This document shows, piece after piece, positions 49,567 to 60,204 of a stretch of DNA of 64,000 nt. Every line of letters starts with the position of its first letter. Within the stretch, counting starts at the first letter, position 1. The notes under the pieces are model-generated. The model was not told where the DNA came from, did not search any database, and worked only from the letters and a program-made list of their open reading frames with translations. The position numbers and the translations under genes were made by a program. The DNA comes from Holophagales bacterium (GTDB taxonomy: Bacteria; Acidobacteriota; Thermoanaerobaculia; Multivoradales; Multivoraceae). Location of the stretch: assembly GCA_009845425.1 (NCBI GenBank), contig VXZQ01000017.1, positions 273,463 to 337,462 on the forward strand. The letters are read 5' to 3'.

Positions 49567-52200
49567 TTAACTGAGACAGTCTTCGATGAGCTGTTCGGCG
49601 GCAGCGAAGGCGGAGGTCAGGTTCTCGGCCCGACCTCCGGCCTGGGCGAAGTCTCGGCGACCGCCGCCGCTGCCCGAGATCGCGGAACCCATCGCCCGCG
49701 CTACTGCCGCAGCGTCGATGCGATCCTGAACATCCCTGGTCACCGAGGCGACGAGCTTCGCCTTGCCGTCATCCAGGGCGCCAAGGACGACGACGCCCGA
49801 TCCGAGGCGGCCCCGCAGGACATCGGCAAGGTTGCGAAGCTCGCCCACGTTCGAGGCCGGCACCTCGCGCAGGACGACGTCGACGCCGCGAATGGACCGC
49901 GTGTCGCCCGCGGCATCCTGGCCCGAAGCCGGCTTGCCGTCGCCGGCGAGCACGCCGAGCCTGAGCTGGGACAGCTCCCGTTCGATGTCGCGCAACCTGT
50001 CCTTGAGCGCCCGCACCTCGGCCGCGGCCTGTTCGCCGGACGCCCCGATCTCGCGTTCCAGGCTGGTCAGCAGATGCAACTGACTCCGGCGCAGGCGGTC
50101 GGCGCGGTCGCCCGCGAGCGCCTCGATCCGTCGCACCCCGGCGGCCACGCCACGCTCGCCCACCAGGGCCACCGGACCGATCTCGCCCGTGTTGCCGACG
50201 TGACAACCGCCGCAGAGTTCGAGGCTGAACCCGGGCACTTCGACGGTACGCACCCGGTCGCCGTACTTCTCGCCGAACAGGGCCATCGCTCCGGCCGCGA
50301 CCGCCTCGTCGTACGAACGCTCGCCGATTTCGAGCGGCACGGCGCGCCGCACCCACTCGTTGACCGTGTCCTCGATCGCCTCCTGCTGCTCTTCGTTGAC
50401 CGGTGCGCCGTGCGTGAAGTCGAAGCGCAGCCGGTCGGGGTGGACCAGGGAACCGGCCTGGCGCACACCCGTGCCGAGGTGCTGGCGGAGGGCCGCGTGC
50501 AGCAGATGGGTCGCGGTGTGGTGGCGCTGGGCGGCCTCCCTCTTCTCGCGGTCGACCTGGAGTTCAACGGCAGCGCCTTCCTCGAGCGCACCGCCAACGA
50601 CGTCGATCCGATGCACGATGCGCCCGCCGTCGTGGAAGGTGTCGACAACCCGCGCCTTGCCGCCGTCCCATTCAACGAAACCGACGTCCCCGACCTGGCC
50701 TCCCGCTTCGGCGTAGAAGGGAGTACGTTCGAAGACGGCGAAACCGGTATCTCTCACTTCCCTGACCGGCGCTCCCTCGGCCGATGCGACGGCAACCGCT
50801 CGCGAGTCCGCCTCCAGATCGTCGTAGCCGGTGAAGTCCCTCCCGGCACGCGGGGACGAAATCGAGAACTCGACCCTGGCCGGCATCACGGTCGCCGTAG
50901 CCCGACGCGAACGCTCCCGTTGCTCCGCCAGCGCCGCCTCGAACCCCTCCTCGTCGATCGTGAACTGCTCCTCCTCGGCGATCTCCCGTACCGTCTCGAT
51001 CGGCAGGCCGAACGTGTCGTAGAGCCGAAAGACCTGCTCGCCGACAAGCGCCGAACCGCCCTCGGCGCGCGCCTCCTCGATCGCCTGCTGGACCTTGCCG
51101 GCGCCGACCGCGACCGTCTCCAGGAACCGGGTCTCCTCGGCTGTGATGGTGGCCGCGGACGGCTCGCGCGCCTTCTCCAGTTCCGGGTAGTGGCCGGCGA
51201 ACGCCTCTTCGAGCGAGGGCAGGAGCGAGGCCATGAACGGCTCCTCCAGGCCCAGCTTCATGCCGTGGCGCGAGGCGCGGCGGAGGAGCCGGCGCAGGAC
51301 GTAACCGCGGCCCTCGTTGCTCGGCAGGACGCCGTCGGCGAGCAGGAAGCCGACCGCCCGGAGGTGGTCGGCTACCACCCGCATCGACACGTCCGCCTCC
51401 GGATCGCGGCCGTACTCGCTTCCCGCCGCCCCGGCCACCGCGGTCAGGATCGTGCCGAACAGGTCCGTGTCGTAGTTCGAGTCGACCCCCTGGAGCACCG
51501 CGGCCACCCTCTCCAGTCCCGCGCCCGTGTCGATCGACGGGTTCGGGAGCAGCTCGCTCCGGCCGTCCTCGTGACGCTCGAACTGCATGAAGACGAGGTT
51601 CCAGATCTCGAGGTATCGGCCCGAACCCTCTCCCTCGTCCCAGCCGACCTCGGGCAGGTCCGGCGCGGTGTCGACGAAGATCTCGCTGCACGGACCGCAC
51701 GGGCCGGTGTCGCCCATCGCCCAGAAGTTGTCCTTCTCGCCGCAGCGCAGGACCCGCTCCGGCGGCAGGCCGGAGATCCGCAACCACAGGTCCTCGGCCT
51801 CGTCGTCCTGCTCGAACACGGTGGCGAAGAGGTGTTCCGGCCGCAGGCCCCAGGGTCCGGTGACCAGCTCCCAGGCGGAAGCGATCGCCTCCTCCTTGAA
51901 GTAGTCGCCGAAGGAGAAGTTCCCGAGCATCTCGAAGAAGGTGTGATGGCGCGGACTCGGGCCGACGTTCTCCAGGTCGTTGTGCTTGCCGGACACCCTG
52001 AGACACTTCTGGGAGGTCACCGCGCGCGGCGACTCCGGCTGCTCGACGCCGAGGAAGTAGTTCTTGAACTGGACCATTCCCGCGTTCACGAACAGCAGGG
52101 TCGGATCGTCGCGCGGCACGAGGGGCGAACTCGCCACCGCCGCGTGCCCGCGGCCGGCGTAGAAGTCGATGAAGCTCTGCCTGATGTGCCGACTCAACAT
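49567..52200 (-). CDS. alaS: alanine--tRNA ligase
   Basis: ATG at 52200 (MLSRHIRQSFIDFY...). Editing-domain HxxxH/CxxxH motifs. C-terminal DHHA1. The 86-aa upstream extension in the track ORF is rejected. Confidence 0.93.
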   Translation of the reverse strand: MLSRHIRQSFIDFYAGRGHAAVASSPLVPRDDPTLLFVNAGMVQFKNYFLGVEQPESPRAVTSQKCLRVSGKHNDLENVGPSPRHHTFFEMLGNFSFGDYFKEEAIASAWELVTGPWGLRPEHLFATVFEQDDEAEDLWLRISGLPPERVLRCGEKDNFWAMGDTGPCGPCSEIFVDTAPDLPEVGWDEGEGSGRYLEIWNLVFMQFERHEDGRSELLPNPSIDTGAGLERVAAVLQGVDSNYDTDLFGTILTAVAGAAGSEYGRDPEADVSMRVVADHLRAVGFLLADGVLPSNEGRGYVLRRLLRRASRHGMKLGLEEPFMASLLPSLEEAFAGHYPELEKAREPSAATITAEETRFLETVAVGAGKVQQAIEEARAEGGSALVGEQVFRLYDTFGLPIETVREIAEEEQFTIDEEGFEAALAEQRERSRRATATVMPARVEFSISSPRAGRDFTGYDDLEADSRAVAVASAEGAPVREVRDTGFAVFERTPFYAEAGGQVGDVGFVEWDGGKARVVDTFHDGGRIVHRIDVVGGALEEGAAVELQVDREKREAAQRHHTATHLLHAALRQHLGTGVRQAGSLVHPDRLRFDFTHGAPVNEEQQEAIEDTVNEWVRRAVPLEIGERSYDEAVAAGAMALFGEKYGDRVRTVEVPGFSLELCGGCHVGNTGEIGPVALVGERGVAAGVRRIEALAGDRADRLRRSQLHLLTSLEREIGASGEQAAAEVRALKDRLRDIERELSQLRLGVLAGDGKPASGQDAAGDTRSIRGVDVVLREVPASNVGELRNLADVLRGRLGSGVVVLGALDDGKAKLVASVTRDVQDRIDAAAVARAMGSAISGSGGGRRDFAQAGGRAENLTSAFAAAEQLIEDCLS

Positions 52201-52216
52201 GAGTTCTGACCCCGCA

Positions 52217-52705
52217 TCAACTCGTCCCGGCCGAGTCGAACACGACGGTTCCAATAGTACGGGGAAGGAAGCCGCGCCGCTCGAGGTGCCGGGCCAGGGC
52301 AGCGGCGTCGCGTGACGGATGAGTCGACCTGAACCTCGCCGCCACGGCCGCCGCCCGCTCCAGCTCGTCCTCGTCGTCGACGGTTTCGAGCGCCGTCCGG
52401 GCCGCAGCCTCGTCGGCGCCGCGCCGGCGCAGGTCGAGTTCGAGTCTCCGCCGGCCATAGCCCCGTCGCTTGAGCGACCGCACGAGCACGTGCGCGGTCT
52501 CCCCTTCGTTCAGGTGACCGGCAGCGGTCAGCCGTTCGACCGCGCTCTCCACCTCGGCCGCCCCGTAGCCGCGCTGCCCTAGTTTCGTCGCCAGTTCGGC
52601 CGCGAAGTGCGGGCGCCGCGCCAGCAGATCCAGCCCACGGTCGTACGCGGGCTTCGGCGCCCGCTTTCGACTGGGCCTTCCGCGACTGGATTGGGAGTTC
52701 CGCAC
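52217..52705 (-). CDS. recX: recombination regulator RecX
   Basis: RecX-like three-helix repeats (LDLLARRPHFAAEL...). GTG at 52705. Confidence 0.8.
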   Translation of the reverse strand: MRNSQSSRGRPSRKRAPKPAYDRGLDLLARRPHFAAELATKLGQRGYGAAEVESAVERLTAAGHLNEGETAHVLVRSLKRRGYGRRRLELDLRRRGADEAAARTALETVDDEDELERAAAVAARFRSTHPSRDAAALARHLERRGFLPRTIGTVVFDSAGTS

Positions 52706-52738
52706 GTCACTTCTCCGGCGGTTCGAAGACTAGCGCCG

Positions 52739-53425
52739 TCACGGCGTCCCACTGAGGGCAACGGCGAGCGCGGCAATCGCGGCCGTCTCGGTCCGCAGCA
52801 CGCGGGGTCCGAGGTCCGCCGTAACCGCTCCACGCGCGGCCAGCTCCTCGATCTCCCGTTCGCTGAACCCGCCCTCGGGGCCCACCACGACCGCTTTCGC
52901 CGATCCCGCGACGGCCATGAACGGCGTCGCGGCGCCGGGGTGCAGCGCCACCGACCCGGCGCCGATCTTCACTTCCCCGAGCGGGACGGGCGCGGCGATC
53001 TCCGGCAGCCACGAACCGCCGCTCTGCTCGAGCGCCGACTTCGCGACCCGGCGCTGACGCTCCAACGCCTGCTCGGGCAGCGAACGGCTGGTGCGCTCCG
53101 AGACGAACCACCCCAGTTCGCGCAGTCCGAGTTCCGTCGCCTTCTCAACCAGCCAGGACGCGCGCTCCGGCCGCACCACGGACACAAACAGGGCCACGCG
53201 CCGGGCCGGCTCGAACACCGGCGCCGCACCTTCGATCCGCAGCACCGCCCGCAGCGCGGTCACCTCGTCCACAACCGACCAGCGAGCCGCGCCGCGACCG
53301 TCGACGAGTCGTACCCGGTCGCCGACCTTCAGCCGGCGGGCCCGAAACAGGTGCCGGTGATCCGCGCCTTCGACCTCGACCGTCTCGCGGGCGAGATCAC
53401 GGGCTTCGGCCAGCAGGTGGATCAC
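52739..53425 (-). CDS. rsmE: 16S rRNA (uracil1498-N3)-methyltransferase RsmE family
   Basis: C-terminal SPOUT fold VVGPEGGFSEREIE...LGPRVLRTETAA. Proposed GTG at 53425. The N-terminal 129 aa of the track ORF lie in another frame over dnaJ and are rejected. Confidence 0.8.
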   Translation of the reverse strand: MIHLLAEARDLARETVEVEGADHRHLFRARRLKVGDRVRLVDGRGAARWSVVDEVTALRAVLRIEGAAPVFEPARRVALFVSVVRPERASWLVEKATELGLRELGWFVSERTSRSLPEQALERQRRVAKSALEQSGGSWLPEIAAPVPLGEVKIGAGSVALHPGAATPFMAVAGSAKAVVVGPEGGFSEREIEELAARGAVTADLGPRVLRTETAAIAALAVALSGTP

Positions 53426-53453
53426 GAGCCCGGGTCGGTCAGGCGACGCGGCG

Positions 53454-54566
53454 TCAGAAGAGATCCTTGACCCGGTTGAACAGGCCGCGTTCCTCGCGGA
53501 TCGTGGCGTCGCCGTCGTCGGAGAGCTCGGCCAGCGCCCGCAGATGCTCAAGCTCGCTCTCCGAGAGGTCCCGCGGCGCCGGCACGTTGAGCAGCACCTC
53601 GACGACGTGGTCGCCGCGGCCGCGGCCGTCGATCCGGGGAATCCCCTGGGAGCGCAGCACGAAGGTCGAACCGTGCGCCGTCGCCGGCGGCACCTCGAGT
53701 TGCGTTGTGCCATGCACGGTCTCCACGTCCACCGCGCAGCCGAAGACCGCCTGAGGAAAGCCGATCGTGACCGAGCTGAGGACGTCGCCGCCGCGCCGGC
53801 TGAACCGTTCATGCGGCTCGACTCCGATCACGACGTAGAGATCGCCAGGCGGACCGCCATGCCGGCCGTGTTCCCCCTCGCCGGGAAGACGGAGGCGGGA
53901 CCCCGTGTCGACGCCGGCAGGCACCCGGACCTGGATCGAGCGCTGCCGCTCCTTCCGCCCCTCGCCCCGACAGTCGCCGCAGGGATCGCGGATGACGCTC
54001 CCCGCGCCGCGGCAGTCGGGACAGGTGCGGGCCACGGAGAAGAACCCCTGGCTGTACTGCACCTGACCCCGGCCGCCGCACATGCGACAGGTGGTGGGAC
54101 CGGACCCGGGCGCCGCGCCGCTGCCGCCGCAACCGTCGCAACGTTCGAGCCGCGGAATGCGCAGCTTCGGCTCCACTCCGAAAGCCGCATCCTCGAACGA
54201 GATCCGCAGGTCGTAGCGAAGATCCGCGCCCGCGCGCCGGCGGCGACCGCCGGCGCGACTGCCGAAGATGTCGCCGAAGCCGAAGACATCGCCCAGGATG
54301 TCCGAGAAGTCGGCGAAGATAGTGGGATCGAAGCCGCCGCCGGCCGGCGTCGCCTGGTGTCCGAAACGGTCGTAGCGCTGCCGCTTGTCGGCGTCCGAGA
54401 GCACCGCGTACGCCTCCGCGGCTTCCTTGAACTTCTCCTCGGCAGCGCTGTCGCCCGGGTTGCGATCGGGGTGGTGGCGGACGGCCAGCTTGCGGTAGGC
54501 CGACTTGATCTCCTGCAGAGTCGCCGAACGTTCGAGGCCCAGGACCTCGTAGTAGTCACGCGGCAT
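53454..54566 (-). CDS. dnaJ: molecular chaperone DnaJ
   Basis: J domain with HPD. G/F region. Four CxxCxGxG zinc repeats. Confidence 0.95.
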   Translation of the reverse strand: MPRDYYEVLGLERSATLQEIKSAYRKLAVRHHPDRNPGDSAAEEKFKEAAEAYAVLSDADKRQRYDRFGHQATPAGGGFDPTIFADFSDILGDVFGFGDIFGSRAGGRRRRAGADLRYDLRISFEDAAFGVEPKLRIPRLERCDGCGGSGAAPGSGPTTCRMCGGRGQVQYSQGFFSVARTCPDCRGAGSVIRDPCGDCRGEGRKERQRSIQVRVPAGVDTGSRLRLPGEGEHGRHGGPPGDLYVVIGVEPHERFSRRGGDVLSSVTIGFPQAVFGCAVDVETVHGTTQLEVPPATAHGSTFVLRSQGIPRIDGRGRGDHVVEVLLNVPAPRDLSESELEHLRALAELSDDGDATIREERGLFNRVKDLF

Positions 54567-54574
54567 GGCGTATC

Positions 54575-55183
54575 TCAGGCGCCGCCGGCCGCGGCGTCCG
54601 CGTCGGCCCCGGCGCCGTCCTCGACGTTGCCGTCCCGGGACGCCGGCGGCGGCGCCGGCACGGCGACCCGGACCATCGCGGCGCGTAGCAGCCGCGACTC
54701 CATCATGTATCCGGTCTGCAGCTCCTGCACGACAGTGGGCTCGTCGACTTCCGCGCTCTCTTCGCGCGCGACGGCCTGGTGTACGTTCGGATCGAAGGGC
54801 GCGTTCACGCCCTCCACCGGCTCGACGCCGAACCGTCGCAGAAGGTCCCCCATCTGACGCCGGATCATCTCGACGCCGGCGCGCAGGTCGTCCGCCGACG
54901 CCTCGGCCTCCAGCGCCCGGTCCAGGTTGTCGACCACGCCCAGGAACTCGCGCAGCGGACCGGCCGCCGTGTTCCAGCGCGATTCGAGCCGCTCCCTTTC
55001 GGCGCGCTTGCGCAGATTGTCGAACTCGGCCGCGGCGCGCCGCAGCCGGTCGACTTCCTCGCTCGCCGCCGCGAGCTCGGCCCGAAGCTCGCCCTCTGTG
55101 TCCGGCACGCCGGCGTCGACCGTCTCGCCGCCGCCCTGGTCCTCCTCGTGAGAGTCCGGGCTCTCCTTCGCCTCGATCGTCAT
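54575..55183 (-). CDS. grpE: nucleotide exchange factor GrpE
   Basis: GrpE coiled-coil plus C-terminal beta domain (FDPNVHQAV...). Confidence 0.93.
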   Translation of the reverse strand: MTIEAKESPDSHEEDQGGGETVDAGVPDTEGELRAELAAASEEVDRLRRAAAEFDNLRKRAERERLESRWNTAAGPLREFLGVVDNLDRALEAEASADDLRAGVEMIRRQMGDLLRRFGVEPVEGVNAPFDPNVHQAVAREESAEVDEPTVVQELQTGYMMESRLLRAAMVRVAVPAPPPASRDGNVEDGAGADADAAAGGA

Positions 55184-55217
55184 GGTCCAGGTTGCTGCGT
55201 CATGGTTCGGGTCCCTG

Positions 55218-56258
55218 CTAGAGCCTGCCGGTCAGAGCCTCGGACAGGCGCTCGCCCAGGTAGTTCACCAGCGGCACCATCCGCGGATACTCCATGCGCG
55301 CCGGCCCGACCACGGCGACCGACCCCGCAACGCCGTCGCCCGCCTTGTAGCTCCGCACGACGAGACCGAACCCGAGCTCCTCGGTCAGTCTCGAGTCCTG
55401 GCCCAGGACCACCCGCACGCCGTCCGCGTCGAGGCAGCGGTTGAGCAGACCCGCCAGCCGGGCGCGCTCGGCGAACATCTGAAACATCCCCTCGATCCGC
55501 GACATGCCGGGCCCCGCATCGAACAGGCTGTGCGTCCCGTCGACCACGAGCGACGGCGCGTGGCCGATGTTCATGCCGTCCCGGGCGAGTTCGATTGCCC
55601 GTCGCAGCAGCTCGTCGAGCCGGGCACGCTCGTCGCTCATCAGCCGTAGCAGCTCTTCCCGGATCTCGAAGAGGGTCCGCCCGCTGTAGTTCTCGGTCAG
55701 GTAGTTCGAAATGCGCACGAGGTCTTCGCGCGGGATCGGCTCGTCCGTGACGACGAGCTTGTTCTCGACGAAGCCGGTCTCGGCGACGACCACGCAGAGC
55801 ACCTTGCGCCCGCTGAGCGGCACGAACTCGATCGCCTTCATCACCGCCGAACCGAGGGCGGGAGTCAGTACGACTCCGACGTGGTGGGAGAGCTGCGAGA
55901 GCAGTCTCGAGGTTTCCTCGGTCAGTTCCTGGCCTGTGCCTCCGGCCGTCGTCAGCCGGTCGTCGATCAGGCGCCGGTCGTCGTCGCTCACCACCTCCGC
56001 CGACATCAGGTCGTCGATGAACAGGTGGAAACCGGCCTCGGTCGGCAGCCGACCCGCCGAGACGTGCGGCTGCCGCAGGTAGCCCATGTCCTCCAGGTCC
56101 GCCATCACGTTGCGGATCGTGGCGGCGGACAACTGGACCTGGCGATCCTTCGCGACCCTCCGCGAGGACACGGGTTCTCCCGACGACAGATACGTCTGGA
56201 TCACCTCCCGCAGAATCTCGCGGTCCCGGTCGCTGAGCTGGTCGTTGACACGACTCAT
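55218..56258 (-). CDS. hrcA: heat-inducible transcription repressor HrcA
   Basis: N-terminal wHTH LSDRDREILREVIQTYLSSGEPVSSRRVA. 346 aa. Confidence 0.93.
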   Translation of the reverse strand: MSRVNDQLSDRDREILREVIQTYLSSGEPVSSRRVAKDRQVQLSAATIRNVMADLEDMGYLRQPHVSAGRLPTEAGFHLFIDDLMSAEVVSDDDRRLIDDRLTTAGGTGQELTEETSRLLSQLSHHVGVVLTPALGSAVMKAIEFVPLSGRKVLCVVVAETGFVENKLVVTDEPIPREDLVRISNYLTENYSGRTLFEIREELLRLMSDERARLDELLRRAIELARDGMNIGHAPSLVVDGTHSLFDAGPGMSRIEGMFQMFAERARLAGLLNRCLDADGVRVVLGQDSRLTEELGFGLVVRSYKAGDGVAGSVAVVGPARMEYPRMVPLVNYLGERLSEALTGRL

Positions 56259-56301
56259 GGGAGCGGCATTCTACCCCCGGTGGTAGCGTTCCAGCGTCGG
56301 C

Positions 56302-56766
56302 ATGAGATGTCCATTCTGCGGCGCCAACGACGACCGCGTGGTCGATTCGCGGGACGTTCGCGGCGGGGAGACGGTCCGGCGCCGGCGGGAGTGCCTGAAC
56401 TGCGGCCGCAGGTTCACTTCCTACGAACAGATCGAGAACATCGCCTACCGGGTCGTCAAGTCGGATGGCCGCCGCCAGGAGTTCGACCGGCAGAAGCTCC
56501 TCGGCGGCCTGCTCAAGGCCTGCGAGAAGCGGCCGGTCGGTCTGCCTGCGCTGGAGGAGATCGTCGACCAGGCCGAAGCCCTGCTCCACCGCAAGGAGGA
56601 CCGCGAGATCTCGACGTCGGAGCTGGGCAACTTCGTCATCGACCGCCTGAAGACGCTCGACCAGGTGGCCTACGTCCGCTTCGCCTCCGTCTATCGGAAG
56701 TTCGAGGACGTGGACGAGTTCATGGAAGAGCTGCGGGTGCTCCTCGAAGCGTCCCGCAAGGACTAA
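56302..56766 (+). CDS. nrdR: transcriptional repressor NrdR
   Basis: MRCPFCG...CLNCGRRFT zinc ribbon plus an ATP-cone. Confidence 0.95.
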   Translation: MRCPFCGANDDRVVDSRDVRGGETVRRRRECLNCGRRFTSYEQIENIAYRVVKSDGRRQEFDRQKLLGGLLKACEKRPVGLPALEEIVDQAEALLHRKEDREISTSELGNFVIDRLKTLDQVAYVRFASVYRKFEDVDEFMEELRVLLEASRKD

Positions 56767-56821
56767 AAGGCGGCATCCGCAGACCGTCCCACAGCGTCCC
56801 CGGGGCTGGTACCGTGACCCC

Positions 56822-59236
56822 ATGGCCCAGAACCCGGTAGATGAGCAGGCGGACGCGATCTCGCTGCCCGACGTCCTGCCGGTGCTGCCGCTCAAGGACG
56901 CGGTCATCTTCCCCTACATCATCCTGCCGCTTTCGATCAGTCGCGACCCGAGCATGCTCGCGGTCGAGGACGCGCTGAACGGCGACCGCATCATCCTGCT
57001 CGCCCCCCAGCGCGACGGATCGATCGAGGCGCCGGGAGAGGACGACCTCCACGAGATCGGCACCGCGGCCCAGATCATGCGGATGCTGAAGCTGCCCGAC
57101 GGCCGGGTGCGGATCCTGATCCAGGGTCTCGCCAGAGCCCGCCTGCGCTACCTGAGCCAGACCGAGCCCTTCCTTCGCGCCCGCGTCGAAGAGGTGGACG
57201 AGGCCGGCGAACCCCACCACGGGCTCGAGGCGGAAGCGCTCGTGCGCAGCGTCAAGGAGGGTCTCGAGACGGCCGTCAACCTGGGCAAGGACATCTCCTC
57301 CGAGGTCATGGTGATCGCCGCGAACCTCGATCACCCGGGCCGGCTGGCGGACCTGGCGGCCAGCAACCTCGACCTGCGGGCGGACGAGGCCCAGCTCGTG
57401 CTGGAGACGACGCCGCCCCTCCAGCGGCTACGGAAGGTCGGGGACCTGCTGACCCGGGAGATCGAACTCCTCAGCATGCAGCAGCGGATCTCTGCCCAGG
57501 CCAGGAGCGAGATGGACCGCAGCCAGCGCGAGTACTTCCTTCGCCAGCAGCAGCGGGCGATCCTGGACGAACTCGGCGAAGGCGACGACCTCCACGGGGA
57601 CATCGAACGGTACGTGAGCGCCGTAGAGGAGAAGGGTCTGAGCGAGGAGGCGGCCCTGGAAGTCGAACGCCAGGTCAGACGGCTTGAGCGAAGCTCTCCC
57701 GACAGCGCCGAGAACGCGACCATCCGCACCCACCTCGACTGGCTGACCGGCCTCCCGTGGTCGACCCTGAGCGAGGATCGAATCGACCTCGACCGGGCCC
57801 GCACCGTGCTTGACGAAGATCACTACGACCTGGACCGCGTCAAGGAGCGGATCCTCGAGTACCTGGCGGTCAGGCGGCTCAAGCCGGACGCCAAGGGTCC
57901 GATTCTCTGCCTGGTCGGTCCCCCGGGCGTCGGCAAGACGTCGCTCGGCCGCTCCATTGCCCGCGCAATCGATCACAAGTTCGTTCGCATCTCGCTCGGC
58001 GGCGTCCGCGACGAGGGGGAGATCCGCGGCCACCGCCGCACCTACGTCGGTTCGTTGCCGGGTCGCGTCATCCAGGGCCTGAATCAGGCCGGAACCAGCA
58101 ATCCCGTCTTCATGCTCGACGAGATCGACAAGCTGGGCGCCGACTACCGGGGCGATCCGGCTTCCGCGCTGCTCGAAGTGCTGGATCCCGAGCAGAACTC
58201 GACGTTCAGGGACCACTACCTGGGCGTCGAGTACGACCTTTCGCGCGTGTTGTTCATCGCCACGGCCAATCTGCTCGAACCCATTCAGCCCGCCTTCCTC
58301 GATCGTCTCGAGGTGCTTCGACTCTCCGGCTACACCGAAGACGAAAAGGTACTGATCGCACGCCGCCATCTGTTACCCAAAGCCACGGACGAGAACGGTC
58401 TGCCGGCCGGCGCCCTGACCATCACGACGCCCGCGCTCCGCGGCCTCATTCGCGGCTACACGAAAGAGGCCGGCGTACGCAATCTCGAACGCGAACTCGC
58501 AACTCTCTGCCGGAAAGCGGCCGTACGCGTGGCGCGGGGGGACGGTCGGGAACTGAAAGTGACGCCGGCCCGGCTGAAGAACCTGGTCGGGCAACCGCGT
58601 CACTTCAGCGAGGAACTGCTCGACCGCGACCGGATCGGCGTGGCGACCGGACTCGCCTGGACCGCCTCCGGCGGCGACCTCATGCTGATCGAAGTCGCGG
58701 CGCCGAAGGGCAGGGGCAAACTGATCCTCACCGGTCAACTCGGCGACGTGATGAAGGAGTCGGCCCAGGCGGCGTTGAGTTGCGCCCGCACGACGTACGG
58801 CGCCGGTCCGGGAGCGGGAGGGCCCGATTTCTTCCGTAACCACGACCTCCACATTCATGTCCCCGCCGGTTCCGTACCGAAGGACGGCCCGTCGGCGGGG
58901 GTCACGATTGCCGCCGCCATCGTCTCCGTCTGCAGCGGGCGCATGATCGATCACAAGGTCGCGATGACCGGCGAGATCACGCTGCGCGGCGAAGTGCTCC
59001 CCGTCGGCGGCCTGAAAGAGAAGCTGCTCGCCGCGCGCGGAGCCGGAATTCGCAAGGTCGTCCTGCCGGAACGAAACCGGCGGGACCTTCCGGAGATACC
59101 GGCCGCGGTGACGCGAGGTCTTGAACTCCTGTTCGTCGAACACGTCGATCAGGTCCTGGAAGCCGCCCTTCTGGACCCGGAGTACCGGCTCGATTCGGAG
59201 CACCAGCGGTCATGGCCGGCCGCGAAGACCGGCTGA
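56822..59236 (+). CDS. lon: ATP-dependent protease Lon
   Basis: LON N-domain. Walker [11 protein letters not shown]-terminal proteolytic PKDGPSAG (catalytic Ser). Confidence 0.95.
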   Translation: MAQNPVDEQADAISLPDVLPVLPLKDAVIFPYIILPLSISRDPSMLAVEDALNGDRIILLAPQRDGSIEAPGEDDLHEIGTAAQIMRMLKLPDGRVRILIQGLARARLRYLSQTEPFLRARVEEVDEAGEPHHGLEAEALVRSVKEGLETAVNLGKDISSEVMVIAANLDHPGRLADLAASNLDLRADEAQLVLETTPPLQRLRKVGDLLTREIELLSMQQRISAQARSEMDRSQREYFLRQQQRAILDELGEGDDLHGDIERYVSAVEEKGLSEEAALEVERQVRRLERSSPDSAENATIRTHLDWLTGLPWSTLSEDRIDLDRARTVLDEDHYDLDRVKERILEYLAVRRLKPDAKGPILCLVGPPGVGKTSLGRSIARAIDHKFVRISLGGVRDEGEIRGHRRTYVGSLPGRVIQGLNQAGTSNPVFMLDEIDKLGADYRGDPASALLEVLDPEQNSTFRDHYLGVEYDLSRVLFIATANLLEPIQPAFLDRLEVLRLSGYTEDEKVLIARRHLLPKATDENGLPAGALTITTPALRGLIRGYTKEAGVRNLERELATLCRKAAVRVARGDGRELKVTPARLKNLVGQPRHFSEELLDRDRIGVATGLAWTASGGDLMLIEVAAPKGRGKLILTGQLGDVMKESAQAALSCARTTYGAGPGAGGPDFFRNHDLHIHVPAGSVPKDGPSAGVTIAAAIVSVCSGRMIDHKVAMTGEITLRGEVLPVGGLKEKLLAARGAGIRKVVLPERNRRDLPEIPAAVTRGLELLFVEHVDQVLEAALLDPEYRLDSEHQRSWPAAKTG

Positions 59237-60204
59237 TCGCCTGGCTCGCGGGCTTCGCGGGCTCTGGAGATCGGATCGGCGACGACGCGGTCCTGCTCAC
59301 GCTCGGCGAGCGGCAGTACGCGTTCAGCGTCGACACGCAGCGCGCCGGCGTCCACATTCCGATCGATCTCGATCCCGCGGACGCAGCCCGCCGGCTGCTT
59401 GCCGTCAGTCTCTCCGATCTCGCCGCCACCGGGGCGATGCCGCGGTGGATGCTCGTCGCACTCGGCATCGACGATGAGGACACCGCCCGCCGTTTCCTCG
59501 CCGCCCTGGTGCGCGCCGGCCGCCGGTACGAAGTCGAACTCATCGGCGGCGACACCGCCAGGCCGACGACGCCGGGCCGGCTGGACGCCAGCCTCACCGT
59601 GGTCGGCGAGATACCGGAAGACGGCTCGCCTCTGACCCGCGACGCGGCTCGACCCGACGACCGGCTCTGGATCGGTGGACCGGTCGGAGAGTCCGCTCTT
59701 GGACTCGACCTGGTCCGCCTCGGCGCCCGGATGGCGAGACGGCGCGCCAACCTGCCCGAGGGGCTTCCCGACGGGCTGACCCGTGTCGCCAGCCGGGTCC
59801 TTCGCCGCCACCTCGAACCCCGGCCCCAGCTCGATCTGGGCCTGCTGCTCGGGCGGCGGTCGCCGGCGGGTGCCGCGATCGACGTGTCCGACGGCCTGGC
59901 CGCCGACGCGGTGCGGCTCTGCCGGCAAAGCGGCGTCGGCTGCGAACTCGAGGAAGGCGCACTCGCCCTCCGGGCCGACGCCCGCCGCCTGGCCGGCCAC
60001 CTGGACCGCGAGCCCCTGGAACTGCTTCTCGCCGGAGGCGAGGACTACGTCCTTCTGTTCACCCTGCCGCCGGACGCCGATCTACGCCATCCCGGGTGCC
60101 GGCCCGTTGGCCGGATCACGACCCGGCCCGGGCTGCGTTTACGCCGAACCGACGGAACGACCGAACCGCTGCCCGCCGGAGGCTGGGACCACCTCAGCGA
60201 TTGA
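59212..60204 (+). CDS. thiL: thiamine-monophosphate kinase
   Basis: AIR-synthase-related fold. N-terminal [10 protein letters not shown]...GDDAV. Overlaps the lon 3' end by 25 nt. Confidence 0.82.
   Translation: MAGREDRLIAWLAGFAGSGDRIGDDAVLLTLGERQYAFSVDTQRAGVHIPIDLDPADAARRLLAVSLSDLAATGAMPRWMLVALGIDDEDTARRFLAALVRAGRRYEVELIGGDTARPTTPGRLDASLTVVGEIPEDGSPLTRDAARPDDRLWIGGPVGESALGLDLVRLGARMARRRANLPEGLPDGLTRVASRVLRRHLEPRPQLDLGLLLGRRSPAGAAIDVSDGLAADAVRLCRQSGVGCELEEGALALRADARRLAGHLDREPLELLLAGGEDYVLLFTLPPDADLRHPGCRPVGRITTRPGLRLRRTDGTTEPLPAGGWDHLSD

Noticed and set aside
47257-52209. Long plus-strand ORFs 47257..49089 and 50074..52209
   Set aside because: Antisense to the MMPL exporter/pgsA and to alaS. 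Low-complexity translations.
53426-53812. N-terminal 129 aa of the track ORF for rsmE
   Set aside because: The Cys/Arg/Ser-rich translation overlaps dnaJ coding in another frame. RsmE homology starts near 53425.
56259-56301. Expected CIRCE operator upstream of hrcA
   Set aside because: No TTAGCACTC-N9-GAGTGCTAA-like sequence is present. Only an unrelated imperfect palindrome was found (reported as a finding).
55180-56907. 575-aa minus-strand ORF
   Set aside because: Antisense to hrcA, nrdR and the lon 5' end. No homology. An artefact.
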